DNA of 64,000 nucleotides from a virus (IMGVR_UViG_3300031994_000006:1-64000), one strand, 5' to 3'; counted from the first letter of the stretch, positions 9,965 through 20,736 are shown. The notes: generated by a model not told the origin, from the letters alone. Translations and numbers: made by a program.

Positions 9965-11662
9965 TTAGATGTCTCCGAACACATCCTCAGGATTGATGGT
10001 GTCCTCGGTCGCAATCTCGCCGTTCTTCATCTCAATCTGGTCCTCGTCGCCTGCATCCGCGCCGAGTCCGTCGGAACCGTCGTCCGAGCCGTCGATGTCG
10101 GCGGGCGGAACCTCGCCCTCGGCGGACTGATCGTCGTCGATAATCTCGCCGCCTATCTCCTCATTGAACTTCTCGGCCGGATAGTTGTACTCACGGGCGA
10201 TAATGTCCTGGACCTGCTTCGCATACGATGTGTCCTTCAGACGGACCTCCTCGCCTTCCGGATCGGTGGACGTCGCGGTCGGATCGATACCGTTGTCCGC
10301 ATCGGAGTCGGTCTCGGGAGCGGGCTGGTCCTGCTGCTGGTCATCGCCTCCGGCCGGAGCCTGGTCGGCGAACGCCTCATTCAGCTTGTTCTTGCGCATC
10401 TTCTGCCTGAGCGACTCGAACGGATTGCCTCCGCCGGGTGCGGGTGCCGCGGGTGCGGGTGCCGGAGCGGCCGGAGCGCCTCCGCCCATACCAGTCATGT
10501 CGCCTCCGCCCATGTCAGCGGGAGGAGTCTGGTCATCCTGCTGCTGGTCGTCCTGGTTGTCGTCGTCCTCGGCCGGTGCCGCATTGACCTTCTCGAGGAC
10601 ATCCTCGGGTATGCCGTTGTCGACGAGCGTCTTGATGAACTCGTCGGCATTGTTCACCTTGAACACGATACCGGTCAGGGTGGCGACGGTCGAGCCGACC
10701 TGCTCCTCGTCCTCGTTAAGTGCGTTCTTCTTCAGCCACGCCTTCTGGGACTCAAGTATCTCGATGAGCCTGACCTGCTTCTTCAGCTTGGTGCGGAGCT
10801 TGTCCTTCTCCACGACCTTGGACTCGTTGAGCGACTGATATACGGTCTTCCACCTCTTGAACGAGCGCTTGGACTCGATAAGCATCTGCTCAACGTCAAG
10901 TATCTGACACTCACTGAGCATCTTACCGTTGACCTTCACATTTCCGTACGGACCCCTGACAGGCTTCTCAACAGGCTTGGACGTAATCTGTTCGGCCTCG
11001 TTGATCATGTTCCTGAGATTCTCCTTCTTCTCACGACGGGACTCGAGCAGGGCCTTCATCCTGGCGACCTTGCCCTCGAACAGGTTATGCACTGCGTCGA
11101 ACTTCTTACAGATACGCTCGAGCAGGGCCTGATCACGGACCTCGTCTATAATAGAATGAGTAGCGGACTCAGAAAGATTCTGTGTACCCTTAGGCTTGCC
11201 ATTCTCATCAAGTATATAAGCCTCATCAGTCTCTTCAGGATCATCTACAGGCTCTTCAGGCTCTTCAGGCTCTTCAGGCTCTTCAGGATCGTCGAGCTCG
11301 GCAGGTACGTCGAACTCATCATCCTCACCGTCGCCGGATCCCTCAATGTCGACAGTACCGTCATCGACAGGCTCTACATCGACAGGGGCGTCCAGGTCAG
11401 TGTCGCCCGCGGGATCCGCGGCGTCCTCACCGGACTCATCAGACGTGAACTGAGTGGGATCCTCGATACCGTAGTCGGCAAGTACGGACTCCACAGTCCC
11501 GGCATCGATATTGAACAGTGTCATGATAGGATTGCCATCCGAGTCGTAAGAACCCTCGACAGTCGCGCCTGCGGCCTCGAAGTCGTCCGCAAGATCATTG
11601 AAGCTGCCCTGGAAACCGGCATCCTTCAGATCGGCGGTATTCATTATGAACACATCAGTCAT
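9965..11662 (-). CDS. acidic prohead core/scaffold-like protein with many L/I-x-E sites
   Basis: Very acidic, with LSE/LFE/LLE/INE/LIE/LNE/ILE motifs and a late promoter at 11702-11709. Confidence 0.55.
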   Translation of the reverse strand: MTDVFIMNTADLKDAGFQGSFNDLADDFEAAGATVEGSYDSDGNPIMTLFNIDAGTVESVLADYGIEDPTQFTSDESGEDAADPAGDTDLDAPVDVEPVDDGTVDIEGSGDGEDDEFDVPAELDDPEEPEEPEEPEEPVDDPEETDEAYILDENGKPKGTQNLSESATHSIIDEVRDQALLERICKKFDAVHNLFEGKVARMKALLESRREKKENLRNMINEAEQITSKPVEKPVRGPYGNVKVNGKMLSECQILDVEQMLIESKRSFKRWKTVYQSLNESKVVEKDKLRTKLKKQVRLIEILESQKAWLKKNALNEDEEQVGSTVATLTGIVFKVNNADEFIKTLVDNGIPEDVLEKVNAAPAEDDDNQDDQQQDDQTPPADMGGGDMTGMGGGAPAAPAPAPAAPAPGGGNPFESLRQKMRKNKLNEAFADQAPAGGDDQQQDQPAPETDSDADNGIDPTATSTDPEGEEVRLKDTSYAKQVQDIIAREYNYPAEKFNEEIGGEIIDDDQSAEGEVPPADIDGSDDGSDGLGADAGDEDQIEMKNGEIATEDTINPEDVFGDI

Positions 11663-11725
11663 ATCGGAAATTCCTTAATTTCTTTTAGTTGCGTTTCCCG
11701 TTATTTATCAATTAAGTATAACGGC

Positions 11726-12211
11726 TCAAATCAAAAGCGAACGCATGCCCGATTTGTCGTCTTTCCGGCCGTCCTGCCCCATACGCCGGTCCATCTCCTC
11801 GACCTCATAGCCGTAATGCCGCATAAGCGCCGCCAGGATATGCCGGTGACAGAACTGACCGGGTTTCTCCCAGCACAGGAACGCGACGCCCTTGTACTGG
11901 ACACCGCCGATCGGACGTGAGAACTCATCCTCCATCTGCCGGAAATAGCCGTCGCATGATCCGAACTTCCGGTTAAGCGTCTCAATCAGGGACTGAAGAT
12001 ACACACGCTTGTACTCTTCCTCGGATACGGTGCCTCCCTTGATGCCGGCGAGCAGCTCGGCGGACGGCGCAAGTATGTTCCTGGGGGTATACAGGAAATT
12101 CGGTATAGAGGTCGTCCTGAAATAGTCGGGAAACGATCTGCTTATACCGATACAGAGGATATCCTGGGGTATGTTACGGAAATTGCCGTAGTATGACGTA
12201 TACCATTTCAT
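11726..12211 (-). CDS. DUF488-like protein
   Basis: YTSYYGN, LAPSAELL and FLCWEKPGQFCHRHILA motifs. Confidence 0.7.
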   Translation of the reverse strand: MKWYTSYYGNFRNIPQDILCIGISRSFPDYFRTTSIPNFLYTPRNILAPSAELLAGIKGGTVSEEEYKRVYLQSLIETLNRKFGSCDGYFRQMEDEFSRPIGGVQYKGVAFLCWEKPGQFCHRHILAALMRHYGYEVEEMDRRMGQDGRKDDKSGMRSLLI

Positions 12212-13920
12212 TACAATTTAACGCCGAGCCTGTCAAGGTGTCCCCAGAGCGTGTTGCGCATAAGGTTGACTATGCCGTCATAGCTTGATGAACTGTATAT
12301 CTCGGTCAGATCATCCACGGCGTCGTTCCCGTTAAAACGGCCGTCGCTGTATTTGTCACGGAGATTCCTGATAATCCCGCCGTCAAGGTATTTCGTCACA
12401 TAGGGCTCCGTGTATTTCAGGATATACATCAGGTATTTCCAGGCCTTTCTCGCCTGTCCGGAATGAACCCTGACGTTAAGTTCATCGACTCCGGTATCGG
12501 AGAAATTCGAAAAACTCCTGAATACCGCCGTCATGATACTGACGGCCTTCGGCAGTACAAGCCTGTCGATACCCGTCTCGCTCAGTATCCGGTCAAGCTT
12601 CTCCACCTTGTAAACACAGGGCTTGCTGTCGGCGATTTCCTGCAGCCTCTCCGGTCCGATTTCCGTGAGGAACTTTGCCGCCTGATTCAGACGGGCATTT
12701 ATCTCACGGTCGTCTATTCCGTCTATGAATCCGGATACAGTCCTGGCAATCGGATCATTATCATCAAAGCTGTCAAAATCACCTGACGGAATTCCGCCGC
12801 CGTTACTGATACTGCCGTCCTTTCTGAAACATTCGGACACATGCCGGAATTCATGCTCAAGGTATCCGGCAATATTCTTCCAGACACCGTCACGGGTACC
12901 GTTCAGTTCAAAGTCATAGTCGATATTGACGAATATCACAATCCTGTCGGTTATACTGGTATCGACATACATCGGATTCTGTGAAATCTTCGGCTCGAAC
13001 TCCCTGACATTATAGTAAATCCTGTAACCGTCGCCGGATTTCGTACAAATCCTCCTGTCAGGCTGATATGAGTATTCTGTATCGATTTCACAGGATTTCC
13101 TGCTGTTTAAGGCACTGATCAACCGATCCGCCGTATCCTTTATGACATCATCGAACACCGTATCGACATGGCATATCTCGTACAGGGCGGATCCCCTGTC
13201 CGGAAATCTGCAGTTCTCATAGAGCGGGGACTCATAAAGACTTCGTACAGTACCGAAGAACCTTGTGACAGAAGAACTTTTCCAGACAGCCTCCTCGTCG
13301 ACCGATATGAATCCCCTGGACTTGTCGAAAAGGATCCTGAGGACGCGGTCCGATACAGACGGGCAGTCCTTTTGTATGTTGGAATAGGACGTCTTGAAAG
13401 CCTCGAAGTCGTTCTTCCTGATATCGTTCCTGGCCTCGGTCGCCGATATAGGACTGTCCTTATGCGGACCGTCCTGATACAGCAGGGGCGACATCTCGAG
13501 CTTCGGATCGATGACCTCGACGCCCTTGCGCCAGCCCTTGCTGCCTTTCCTGAAATTATTCACGAAATCCTCATAGGCGCCGTCCCCGTCCTTGCCTGAT
13601 CTCACCAGGATGAATCTGCCGTCATTCCTGTTGACTATGCCGTAGCATGCGCTGATGGGGCCTTTTCCCTTCTTGGCGGACGATACGACCTTGACACGGC
13701 TGTCATTGCTGTACACGGCCTTGATAAAGGCGATCATGACGTCCCTGTTCATATCCCCGCGTTCATTGTTCGACTTGATAATGGTCACGTCGAATCCGTC
13801 ATCGCCGTACTCAGAAGCCGCCCAGTCGGTAAACCTCTTGAGTATCAGGTAATGTCCGTCGGTATAAGGGCTGAACGAGCCCGGGAAAAGCATATGAACC
13901 TTCTTCATCGGATAAAACAA
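12211..13920 (-). CDS. cytidylyltransferase-like (HxGH class I) domain fused to an HExxH zinc-peptidase-like domain
   Basis: FPGSFSPYTDGH and ISATEAR motifs; C-terminal LEHEFRH...EINARLNQ; exact TATAAATA upstream. Confidence 0.65.
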   Translation of the reverse strand: MFYPMKKVHMLFPGSFSPYTDGHYLILKRFTDWAASEYGDDGFDVTIIKSNNERGDMNRDVMIAFIKAVYSNDSRVKVVSSAKKGKGPISACYGIVNRNDGRFILVRSGKDGDGAYEDFVNNFRKGSKGWRKGVEVIDPKLEMSPLLYQDGPHKDSPISATEARNDIRKNDFEAFKTSYSNIQKDCPSVSDRVLRILFDKSRGFISVDEEAVWKSSSVTRFFGTVRSLYESPLYENCRFPDRGSALYEICHVDTVFDDVIKDTADRLISALNSRKSCEIDTEYSYQPDRRICTKSGDGYRIYYNVREFEPKISQNPMYVDTSITDRIVIFVNIDYDFELNGTRDGVWKNIAGYLEHEFRHVSECFRKDGSISNGGGIPSGDFDSFDDNDPIARTVSGFIDGIDDREINARLNQAAKFLTEIGPERLQEIADSKPCVYKVEKLDRILSETGIDRLVLPKAVSIMTAVFRSFSNFSDTGVDELNVRVHSGQARKAWKYLMYILKYTEPYVTKYLDGGIIRNLRDKYSDGRFNGNDAVDDLTEIYSSSSYDGIVNLMRNTLWGHLDRLGVKL

Positions 13921-13953
13921 GGGGCCGGAACTGTTTCCGGCCCCTTATTTATA
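13921..13953 (-). promoter_or_regulatory. late promoter TATAAATA immediately followed by a terminator-like hairpin
   Basis: Minus strand reads TGA TATAAATA A GGGGCCGGAA ACAG TTCCGGCCCC TTGTTTT. Confidence 0.65.
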
Positions 13954-16900
13954 TCAGGCATTCATTATATCGGACTTCTCGACGCCGATAAAACTGTTGT
14001 CTCCGTACATGGCCTCGATCTTCGGTGCAGAGTCGTCACAGAACGATTTGCTGTTGATATAAAACCAGATGACCTTATGCTGATCAGGATCCCATCCTAT
14101 CTTCTCAGGTACCGGTATCTCGTCCTCGCCGTCGGTCATGAATATCGTCACGACCGGGAAGTCTGCACTTTCTTCGGAATCCCAGAGCCTGTGTGTCCGA
14201 TCCTTGATATCGAACAGTCTGCCCTCGAGCATTCCTATCATGGCGCCTCCGAAGTCCGTGCCGCCGGTCGCGTCGACCTGCTGGGGCTCCTCGACCTCGC
14301 CCTTCGGATATATCCTTCCGAAATAGGCGTTGGAGTTGCCGGCGAACGCGAACGTAATGATGTTCTTGACAGGCCAGCCGAGCTTGTCCTTCATCTCGCG
14401 TATCTCCTTGAAGAATACCTTGAGCAGCGGGAGATCGACTGAGCCGGACTCGTCGACCGCGATGCAGATGTTGCCCATGGACTTGCCGCCGCGGGGCTTC
14501 TGCTTCTTCTTCAGGTAATCAGGCATGTAGACCGTCCTGCGGTAGTTCCACCTGTCCTTCGGCGCCTTGAACGCGCCCCTGATAAAGTTGGCGAGCATCG
14601 TCTGCCAGTCGACGAACGTGGCGGTCGCCTCCTCGATGGCGTTCGATATGCCTGTGAAGAATCCCTCATGACTATTCTGATAATCCTGATCGCCGATGCC
14701 GCGCTTCTCAGCCATGTTCTCGCCGATATTCTTGGCAAAAGGATCATCCGATCCGGCTATAGTGCCTTTATACCTACCGTTTGAATGGGTGATTGTATCC
14801 TTCCAGAAATCCTGTGAGGCGTTCACGTCGGGGACACCTGCCTGTTCGGCAAGTTCCTGTGCCTTGGTATCATCGATAACATGAGGCTCGTATTCCTTCT
14901 TACTGTAGTCAGCGGCAGTTCCTCCGATTTTCTCAATATAATCATTGGGAGGAGGAGTACCTGTACCCGGATCTCCTGGAGTACCTCCTGGAGGACCATC
15001 AGGGCCATCAGGACCGCCAGGGCCGTCTCCTTTCGGAGGCTTATGCCTGTTAATCGGACCCGGAGTACCGCCGGGAGGAGTAGGACCGCCGCCGGGAGGA
15101 GTAGGACCGGGATCACTACCAGGACCGTCACCGGTACCGGGAGTACCTTCATCATCTGTTATCCATTCACCGCCGGGATCACCACCGGGATCACCGCCGT
15201 TCTGACTGTTCTGCTGAGCCTGCTGGGCATTCTTCTGGGCCTGCTGGGCATTCTTCTGGGCCTGATTGGCATTCTGCTGAGCCTGACTGCTTCCAGCCTG
15301 TTGTGCATTTGATGCGGCATTTTTACCGTTCTGCTGTCCCTGCTGGGCATTCTGCTGTGCAGATGCGGGAGTACCTTCAGTTCCACCAGACTGCCCGCCT
15401 TGACCATTCTGTCCGTTCTGACCGGACTGACCGCCTTGACCGGACTGACCGCCTTGACAGTTCTGCTGTCCCTGCTGGGCATTCTGCTGACCCTGCTGGG
15501 CATTCTGCTGTCCCTGCTGCGCGTTCTGCTGTCCCTGCTGGCTGTTTGACTGCTGACCGTTCTGCTGGGCCTGCTGACCGTTCTGCTGGGCCTGCTGACC
15601 GTTCTGCTGGGCCTGCTGCTGTCCTTGCTGACCTGACTGAGACTGACCGTTCTGTCCCTGCTGTTGCTGACCAGACTGCTGCTGACCTGCGGCCTTCTGA
15701 GCCTGCTGGTTAGCCTTCTGAGCCTGCTGGTTAGCCTTCTGGGCATTCTTGGTAGCCTGCTGTTCACCTTTCTGATCACCCTGCTGCTGGGCCTGCTGGG
15801 CCTGGTTCGCGGCCTGCTGGGCCTGATTCGCGGCCTGCTGTGCCTGGTTCGCAGCCTGCTGCGCCTTATCGGCGGCCTGCTGGGCCTTGTTGGCTCCCTT
15901 GGTGCCCTGTGCCTGATTCGCGGCTTGCTGAGCCTGATTCGCCGCAGACTGTGCCTGATTGGCGGCAGTCTGGGCGTCATTCGCGGCCTGCTGGGCCTCT
16001 GAAGTCTGTCCCTGCTGACCGTTCTGACCGTTCTGGCCGTTTTGCTGGTTCTCTATATCCCTGGCCTTCTGTGCAGCCTCCTGAGCCTTCTGAGAAGCGT
16101 TCTTCTCAGCTTCCCTGTCACCATTATTATTGGCTTCACGGGCCTGATTTGCGGCATCCTGAGCCTGATTGGCGGCATCCTGAGCCTGATTGGCGGCATC
16201 CTGAGCCTTATCGGCGGCATCCTGTTTTTCAGCGGCATCCTGTGCCCCGGATTCCTGAGCCTCATTCGCCTCACGCTGAGCCTCATTGGCGGACTGCTGG
16301 ACATTATTGGCGGACTGCTGAGCCTGATTCGCCGCCTGCTGCGCTATATCGGCCTCGGACGCGAGATCCAGATCACCCTGACGTTTATATCCGTCATTCT
16401 TTTCATTCTTGTTATTCTGGTTATCCTTACCGGACTGCTGGCCTCCCTGGCCTTTCTGTCCCTGCTGGCCTTTTCCAGATCCTGAGAGCCCAAGTTTCTT
16501 CCTCTTGGCTTCTACGCCATGTCTGTATGCATCACTGGTCTTGTCGACCTGCCATGTACCCTCAAAGATACCGTGCGACAATGCCAGGCATATGTCCTCG
16601 TTAATCGCCCGGCATTCCTCAGGCGTAAGTCCGGCAAGGCTGATATATGACTCATTATTGACATCACCGCTCTCGAATCCGGATATAAAGTCAGGATCGT
16701 GCTCGTCCGTATTATGGGCCTTGTCCCATTTATTGTATCCGGCACCGTCCTCGATACCTGCGGCGTACTCGGGATGGTCGGCCATCAGTGACGGATCGGG
16801 AGTATTGCCGCGGTATCCGTCGAAATATCCCTGATCATATATCTCCTGAATACCGTTCAGAGGCTTCTCAGGCGGCTCGACAGGCGGCCTCTCGACCTTC

Positions 16901-17988
16901 TTCTGGAGCCACGGTCCGAAATACTTCTCCCACGCGTCATTCTGGTTGAGCCATTCGAAAACCTTCTCCCACGGCTGCAGGGGAACATTCACCTCAATCT
17001 TATCATCTTCGGTCGCGCTTGAGAAATCCACTATAAAACGGCGGCTCTTCTCATCATATTCGCCTTCGGCGAAATATGTATGGGACTGTCCGTACAGGAA
17101 ATTATGGAAATTATCGTCAATCTTATAGTTAGGATTCTCGCTCTGCTTATGCGGATAGATGCCGCCGATTGTCTCCGTAATGTTCATGCCCTGCATCGCA
17201 TAGGCCTCGAGCATCGAGTTGATCTCAAGGTCCATCACGATATTGAGCTTCTCAGGGGTCACGCCCCAGTCGGCATGCTTGTTCGTGAAATGATCGCCCC
17301 TGACATGGTGTCCGTACATATTATGGTACAGCTCGTGCAGGATGACATAGAGCAGGTACGGGTTGGAGTCGACGTTCGCGGAGTCCTCGCCGAGATCACC
17401 GCATACGCCCGCCGCGGAGAACTCGCCCTTGTGCATGGCATAGGTATCTTCCGCAAGGCTGTCGTAAGAAGCTCCCTGCATCATCTTGCCCGCGATATCC
17501 TTGATCTCGTCCTTATCGTCGATTTTGACCGCGAACGTGCCCATCTCATCCTCATAGAAATCATAACCTTTTTCAGTATACATCCTCTTCCACAGCCTGT
17601 GCAGGTAATATACGTAGCCCGGCGCCATATAGAGGTTGCCGTAGCGGTCGACTGCCATCGTATTGAGTTCCGGATGATCGATGAACACGATACGCATGTT
17701 CTGAAGATACTCTCCGATTTTCGGATACATACCCCTTGGCGAGGCGAAAGCCACCATCTGGTTATTGATGTAGTTACGCATGAGCTTCATGTCGAACAGC
17801 ATCAGCGAGACGTACTTTTTCGGATCGGTTATCTTGTCGGCACCGCCCGCGGCGTCGACGGCCTCATAGTCGATGACGTTCTTGAAAAAATACTTCTTGC
17901 TGTTTATGCCGCTGATGCCGTTTCCATTCGCGGATCCGTCGGTCGTAGCAAGGCCCCTGGTCAGGGCTTCTGTCAGTTTCTTCATCAT
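13954..17988 (-). CDS. HExxH metallopeptidase-like (DUF2201-type) N-terminus + Q/N/A/G/P-rich linker + C-terminal VWA domain
   Basis: TMAVD...LY, ILHELYH...HHVR, NIVMDLEIN; MIDAS DESGS, GGTDF and FMTDG; adjacent to a MoxR ATPase. Confidence 0.8.
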   Translation of the reverse strand: MMKKLTEALTRGLATTDGSANGNGISGINSKKYFFKNVIDYEAVDAAGGADKITDPKKYVSLMLFDMKLMRNYINNQMVAFASPRGMYPKIGEYLQNMRIVFIDHPELNTMAVDRYGNLYMAPGYVYYLHRLWKRMYTEKGYDFYEDEMGTFAVKIDDKDEIKDIAGKMMQGASYDSLAEDTYAMHKGEFSAAGVCGDLGEDSANVDSNPYLLYVILHELYHNMYGHHVRGDHFTNKHADWGVTPEKLNIVMDLEINSMLEAYAMQGMNITETIGGIYPHKQSENPNYKIDDNFHNFLYGQSHTYFAEGEYDEKSRRFIVDFSSATEDDKIEVNVPLQPWEKVFEWLNQNDAWEKYFGPWLQKKVERPPVEPPEKPLNGIQEIYDQGYFDGYRGNTPDPSLMADHPEYAAGIEDGAGYNKWDKAHNTDEHDPDFISGFESGDVNNESYISLAGLTPEECRAINEDICLALSHGIFEGTWQVDKTSDAYRHGVEAKRKKLGLSGSGKGQQGQKGQGGQQSGKDNQNNKNEKNDGYKRQGDLDLASEADIAQQAANQAQQSANNVQQSANEAQREANEAQESGAQDAAEKQDAADKAQDAANQAQDAANQAQDAANQAREANNNGDREAEKNASQKAQEAAQKARDIENQQNGQNGQNGQQGQTSEAQQAANDAQTAANQAQSAANQAQQAANQAQGTKGANKAQQAADKAQQAANQAQQAANQAQQAANQAQQAQQQGDQKGEQQATKNAQKANQQAQKANQQAQKAAGQQQSGQQQQGQNGQSQSGQQGQQQAQQNGQQAQQNGQQAQQNGQQSNSQQGQQNAQQGQQNAQQGQQNAQQGQQNCQGGQSGQGGQSGQNGQNGQGGQSGGTEGTPASAQQNAQQGQQNGKNAASNAQQAGSSQAQQNANQAQKNAQQAQKNAQQAQQNSQNGGDPGGDPGGEWITDDEGTPGTGDGPGSDPGPTPPGGGPTPPGGTPGPINRHKPPKGDGPGGPDGPDGPPGGTPGDPGTGTPPPNDYIEKIGGTAADYSKKEYEPHVIDDTKAQELAEQAGVPDVNASQDFWKDTITHSNGRYKGTIAGSDDPFAKNIGENMAEKRGIGDQDYQNSHEGFFTGISNAIEEATATFVDWQTMLANFIRGAFKAPKDRWNYRRTVYMPDYLKKKQKPRGGKSMGNICIAVDESGSVDLPLLKVFFKEIREMKDKLGWPVKNIITFAFAGNSNAYFGRIYPKGEVEEPQQVDATGGTDFGGAMIGMLEGRLFDIKDRTHRLWDSEESADFPVVTIFMTDGEDEIPVPEKIGWDPDQHKVIWFYINSKSFCDDSAPKIEAMYGDNSFIGVEKSDIMNA

Positions 17989-18080
17989 GATTGAGAAAAT
18001 AGATTCCCGTTATTTATCGGTAAAAGAAAGATGCCCGACTGTCAATCGGGCATCTCTTGTAATATCCGGAAACGGACCTT

Positions 18081-20705
18081 CTACTGAGGCACGTCCTCAC
18101 TGTCGATACAGGCCTCCGTCTTGCTGTCATCGACCTTCTTTCCGGCCTGGAAGGCCTTGGCCTGCTCAAGCGGGTTCTTGAAGATCTTCTGGAACATCTG
18201 CTCAGTATCGCCCTTGAACACCTTCGAGACGAAATCCTCATAGGTCTTGCCGGCGATGGTCGCCGAATACCTCGCACAGATCTCGGTAATCGCGCGCAGG
18301 AACTTCTCATCGAACATCACCAGAGGCATGTCGGTGCCGAAGATATCCTGGTACTTCTTCTCGAGTATCGGGCAGATCTTCTCCTCGAACGCATACTTGT
18401 ACAGAAGAGCCCTCGCGGTCTGACCGAAAATCTCAAGCTGCTTGAAATAGTCACCCCAGAACTTATAGAAGTTCACGAACGCCTTGATCATCTTATCCCA
18501 CTGGGCAGGGGTGGACACCTGATCGAACTTCATCGGCGTGCAGGAATCCTCGAAGAGCCTGTCGATGAGCATCCTGATATTGCTATCCTGACGTCCCATC
18601 GCACCGTTGAGCTTGTTGGGCATCTTGACTTCCGGACGCTTCGGATCGATGCAGCCGTGCTTCCAGATGTTCTGGCACATGGCGTCAGTGAACAGGCCGG
18701 ATACATGGAAGTGATCGATGAACGCGCTCATGACGTTCATGCCGGCGGCGGAGCCGGAACCGATCTGGGACTTGGCCGAACGGATAATCTCGTCGTCGCT
18801 GAGCTTCGAATAGCGCTTCATCTCACCGGTCTTCGGATCGAACGAGTCGTCGCTCCAGTCGTCGCCGAACTTGTCACGGGACTTCGCGATAATCGCATTG
18901 GACACCTTCTCCCATGACGCGGGATTGGCCTTCAGAGTGGCGCGCTTCTTGGAGTTGACCTTGAGCTGATCGTCCGACAGGGTCTCGAACCATACGGAAG
19001 ATCCGCGCGACTCGATGAAGTCGATGATGTTCTGCTCGATCCTCGGGTCGTTGGACGCGGTACGCTCCCAGTTGCCGGTCTCCAGGTCGATGTTGTAGCC
19101 TTTCGCCCACATGAGCCAGTCACGGAGCTTCGGGACGAACGTACACTGCTTGAAGCGGCGCGCATAGGCGTCCTCCCATGCGGAGGTGCGCTCGTCGTTC
19201 ATGTCATAGGGACGGTTGGACGCGGACGAGATGATCCAGTGCGAGCCGAGCTTGTACTCGCCGAGCGCGTGCTCGTCGACGAGCTTCATGATGACGTTCA
19301 TCACAGGCTCCGACGCACGGAGGAGCTCATCGAAGAAGATGATGCCGCCGTCGGCGCTGAACGCGGAATCCTCGATGCTGATGCCCTTGTTCTGGAGGTC
19401 CTTGTAGTCGCTCGACTTCATGCGGTGGTTGGCCTGCATGTCGCGTACGGCATCCTCCGCGGGATCGCCGGAGAGCGTGGGCAGGTACATCGGGAGCCAT
19501 GTGGCCGGTACCTCCTTGGCGCCTTCGGTATCACCGGTCTCTTGATTCCTGTCGAATGCGGGAAGGAAAAAACTGTCCTCGGTCTTCGATGCGAGGGGCA
19601 CGTCAAGGATAGAGCTCTTCTGTCCGTACTGCATGTTGAACGTCGCGATGACCTGGTTGGTGATGGCGGTCTTACCGATGCCGGGCGCGCCCCAGATGAG
19701 GAGCGGCTGGATCTTCTCCGAGGAGACAGCCTTGGACTCCTGCTTGGCCGAACGCTGGGCGCGAGCCATAAGCGACTGCTTCAGCGTGGCGTTCTCGGGA
19801 TCGTCGAGCTCCTCGCGGGTCATTCCCATGCCCGCCAGGTACTTGCCGAGCGTCCTTTCGATGACGGAGGCGTTGTCGATGGCGAAATTACCGACCTTGA
19901 ACGTCTGGCGGAGCTGCAGTCCGAGCTCGGCTACGATGTCCCTGACGCCCCAGATAGGACGGTTGGTCGTCTGGAACTCGGACGCGCCGGGATTCTTGAG
20001 GTTGTCGTCGGCAAAGTTCGGAATCTCGGTAATCGCCTCATTGAGCTCCTTGAGCATTCCCTCCTTCGTCACGAAGAACTCCTCAAGCAGGCCTGAATTG
20101 ACGAGCTTGCGCATCGCCTTGTATCCGTACTGCTCGTTGACAGCCCTGAGGTACGAGTCCTTCAGGCTCTCCATCGTCGCGTCACCCTCGTCGGCGTTGT
20201 CGACGACGTCCCGCCAGAAGGCGTTGATCTCCTCAAGCTCCTCCGGGGTCTCCTGGAAGGCGCCGATATGGTTGCCGATGGAGATTCCGTTCTCCTCGGC
20301 GGCCTGGATGGCCTCTTCGGAAGGCAGGTACGTCACATCCTCAGGGAGCGAGCCTTCCTCTGCATACTGGCCGATCATAACGGCATTGACCACGGGGGCG
20401 GGCTCGCCGTTGACGAGCGTGCGGAGATATCCGCCGATCTGCTTGAACATAGAGCCGAGCTTGCCGAGTCCCGACTTGACGGCGTCCATCGCACCGCCGA
20501 GCTTCCGCCTGACCTTGTCGAAGTCCATCTCATTAATCTGGACGCACTCCATAGGGATGCCATGCTCCAGGACTCCGTTGTCGAACTTCATGCTACATGT
20601 ACGATCATCCTCATTCAGGCTCTGTACGACGCCGTGAAGGCGGACCTTCCTGCCGCGGAACGTATGATCGATGTGTCCTTCGAGACACAGTTCACGTATA
20701 TCCAA
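18081..20705 (-). CDS. MoxR-like AAA+ ATPase with a long N-terminal extension
   Basis: PLLIWGAPGIGKT Walker A, GIIFFDELLRA Walker B, WIISSASNR, ARRF and NPASWEKVS. Confidence 0.85.
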   Translation of the reverse strand: MDIRELCLEGHIDHTFRGRKVRLHGVVQSLNEDDRTCSMKFDNGVLEHGIPMECVQINEMDFDKVRRKLGGAMDAVKSGLGKLGSMFKQIGGYLRTLVNGEPAPVVNAVMIGQYAEEGSLPEDVTYLPSEEAIQAAEENGISIGNHIGAFQETPEELEEINAFWRDVVDNADEGDATMESLKDSYLRAVNEQYGYKAMRKLVNSGLLEEFFVTKEGMLKELNEAITEIPNFADDNLKNPGASEFQTTNRPIWGVRDIVAELGLQLRQTFKVGNFAIDNASVIERTLGKYLAGMGMTREELDDPENATLKQSLMARAQRSAKQESKAVSSEKIQPLLIWGAPGIGKTAITNQVIATFNMQYGQKSSILDVPLASKTEDSFFLPAFDRNQETGDTEGAKEVPATWLPMYLPTLSGDPAEDAVRDMQANHRMKSSDYKDLQNKGISIEDSAFSADGGIIFFDELLRASEPVMNVIMKLVDEHALGEYKLGSHWIISSASNRPYDMNDERTSAWEDAYARRFKQCTFVPKLRDWLMWAKGYNIDLETGNWERTASNDPRIEQNIIDFIESRGSSVWFETLSDDQLKVNSKKRATLKANPASWEKVSNAIIAKSRDKFGDDWSDDSFDPKTGEMKRYSKLSDDEIIRSAKSQIGSGSAAGMNVMSAFIDHFHVSGLFTDAMCQNIWKHGCIDPKRPEVKMPNKLNGAMGRQDSNIRMLIDRLFEDSCTPMKFDQVSTPAQWDKMIKAFVNFYKFWGDYFKQLEIFGQTARALLYKYAFEEKICPILEKKYQDIFGTDMPLVMFDEKFLRAITEICARYSATIAGKTYEDFVSKVFKGDTEQMFQKIFKNPLEQAKAFQAGKKVDDSKTEACIDSEDVPQ

Positions 20706-20736
20706 AATAGTAGGTTCCTTTTATTTTTATACGCCG

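Noticed and set aside
343-11920. Long antisense ORFs (343..1164, 5420..7012, 9953..11920 and similar elsewhere)
   Set aside because: They are shadows of real genes caused by GC-rich third positions, with no motifs or promoters.
15159-16604. Alternative-frame R/S/P-rich and Leu-rich ORFs
   Set aside because: They are artefacts of the Gln/Ala/Asn repeats of the VWA gene.
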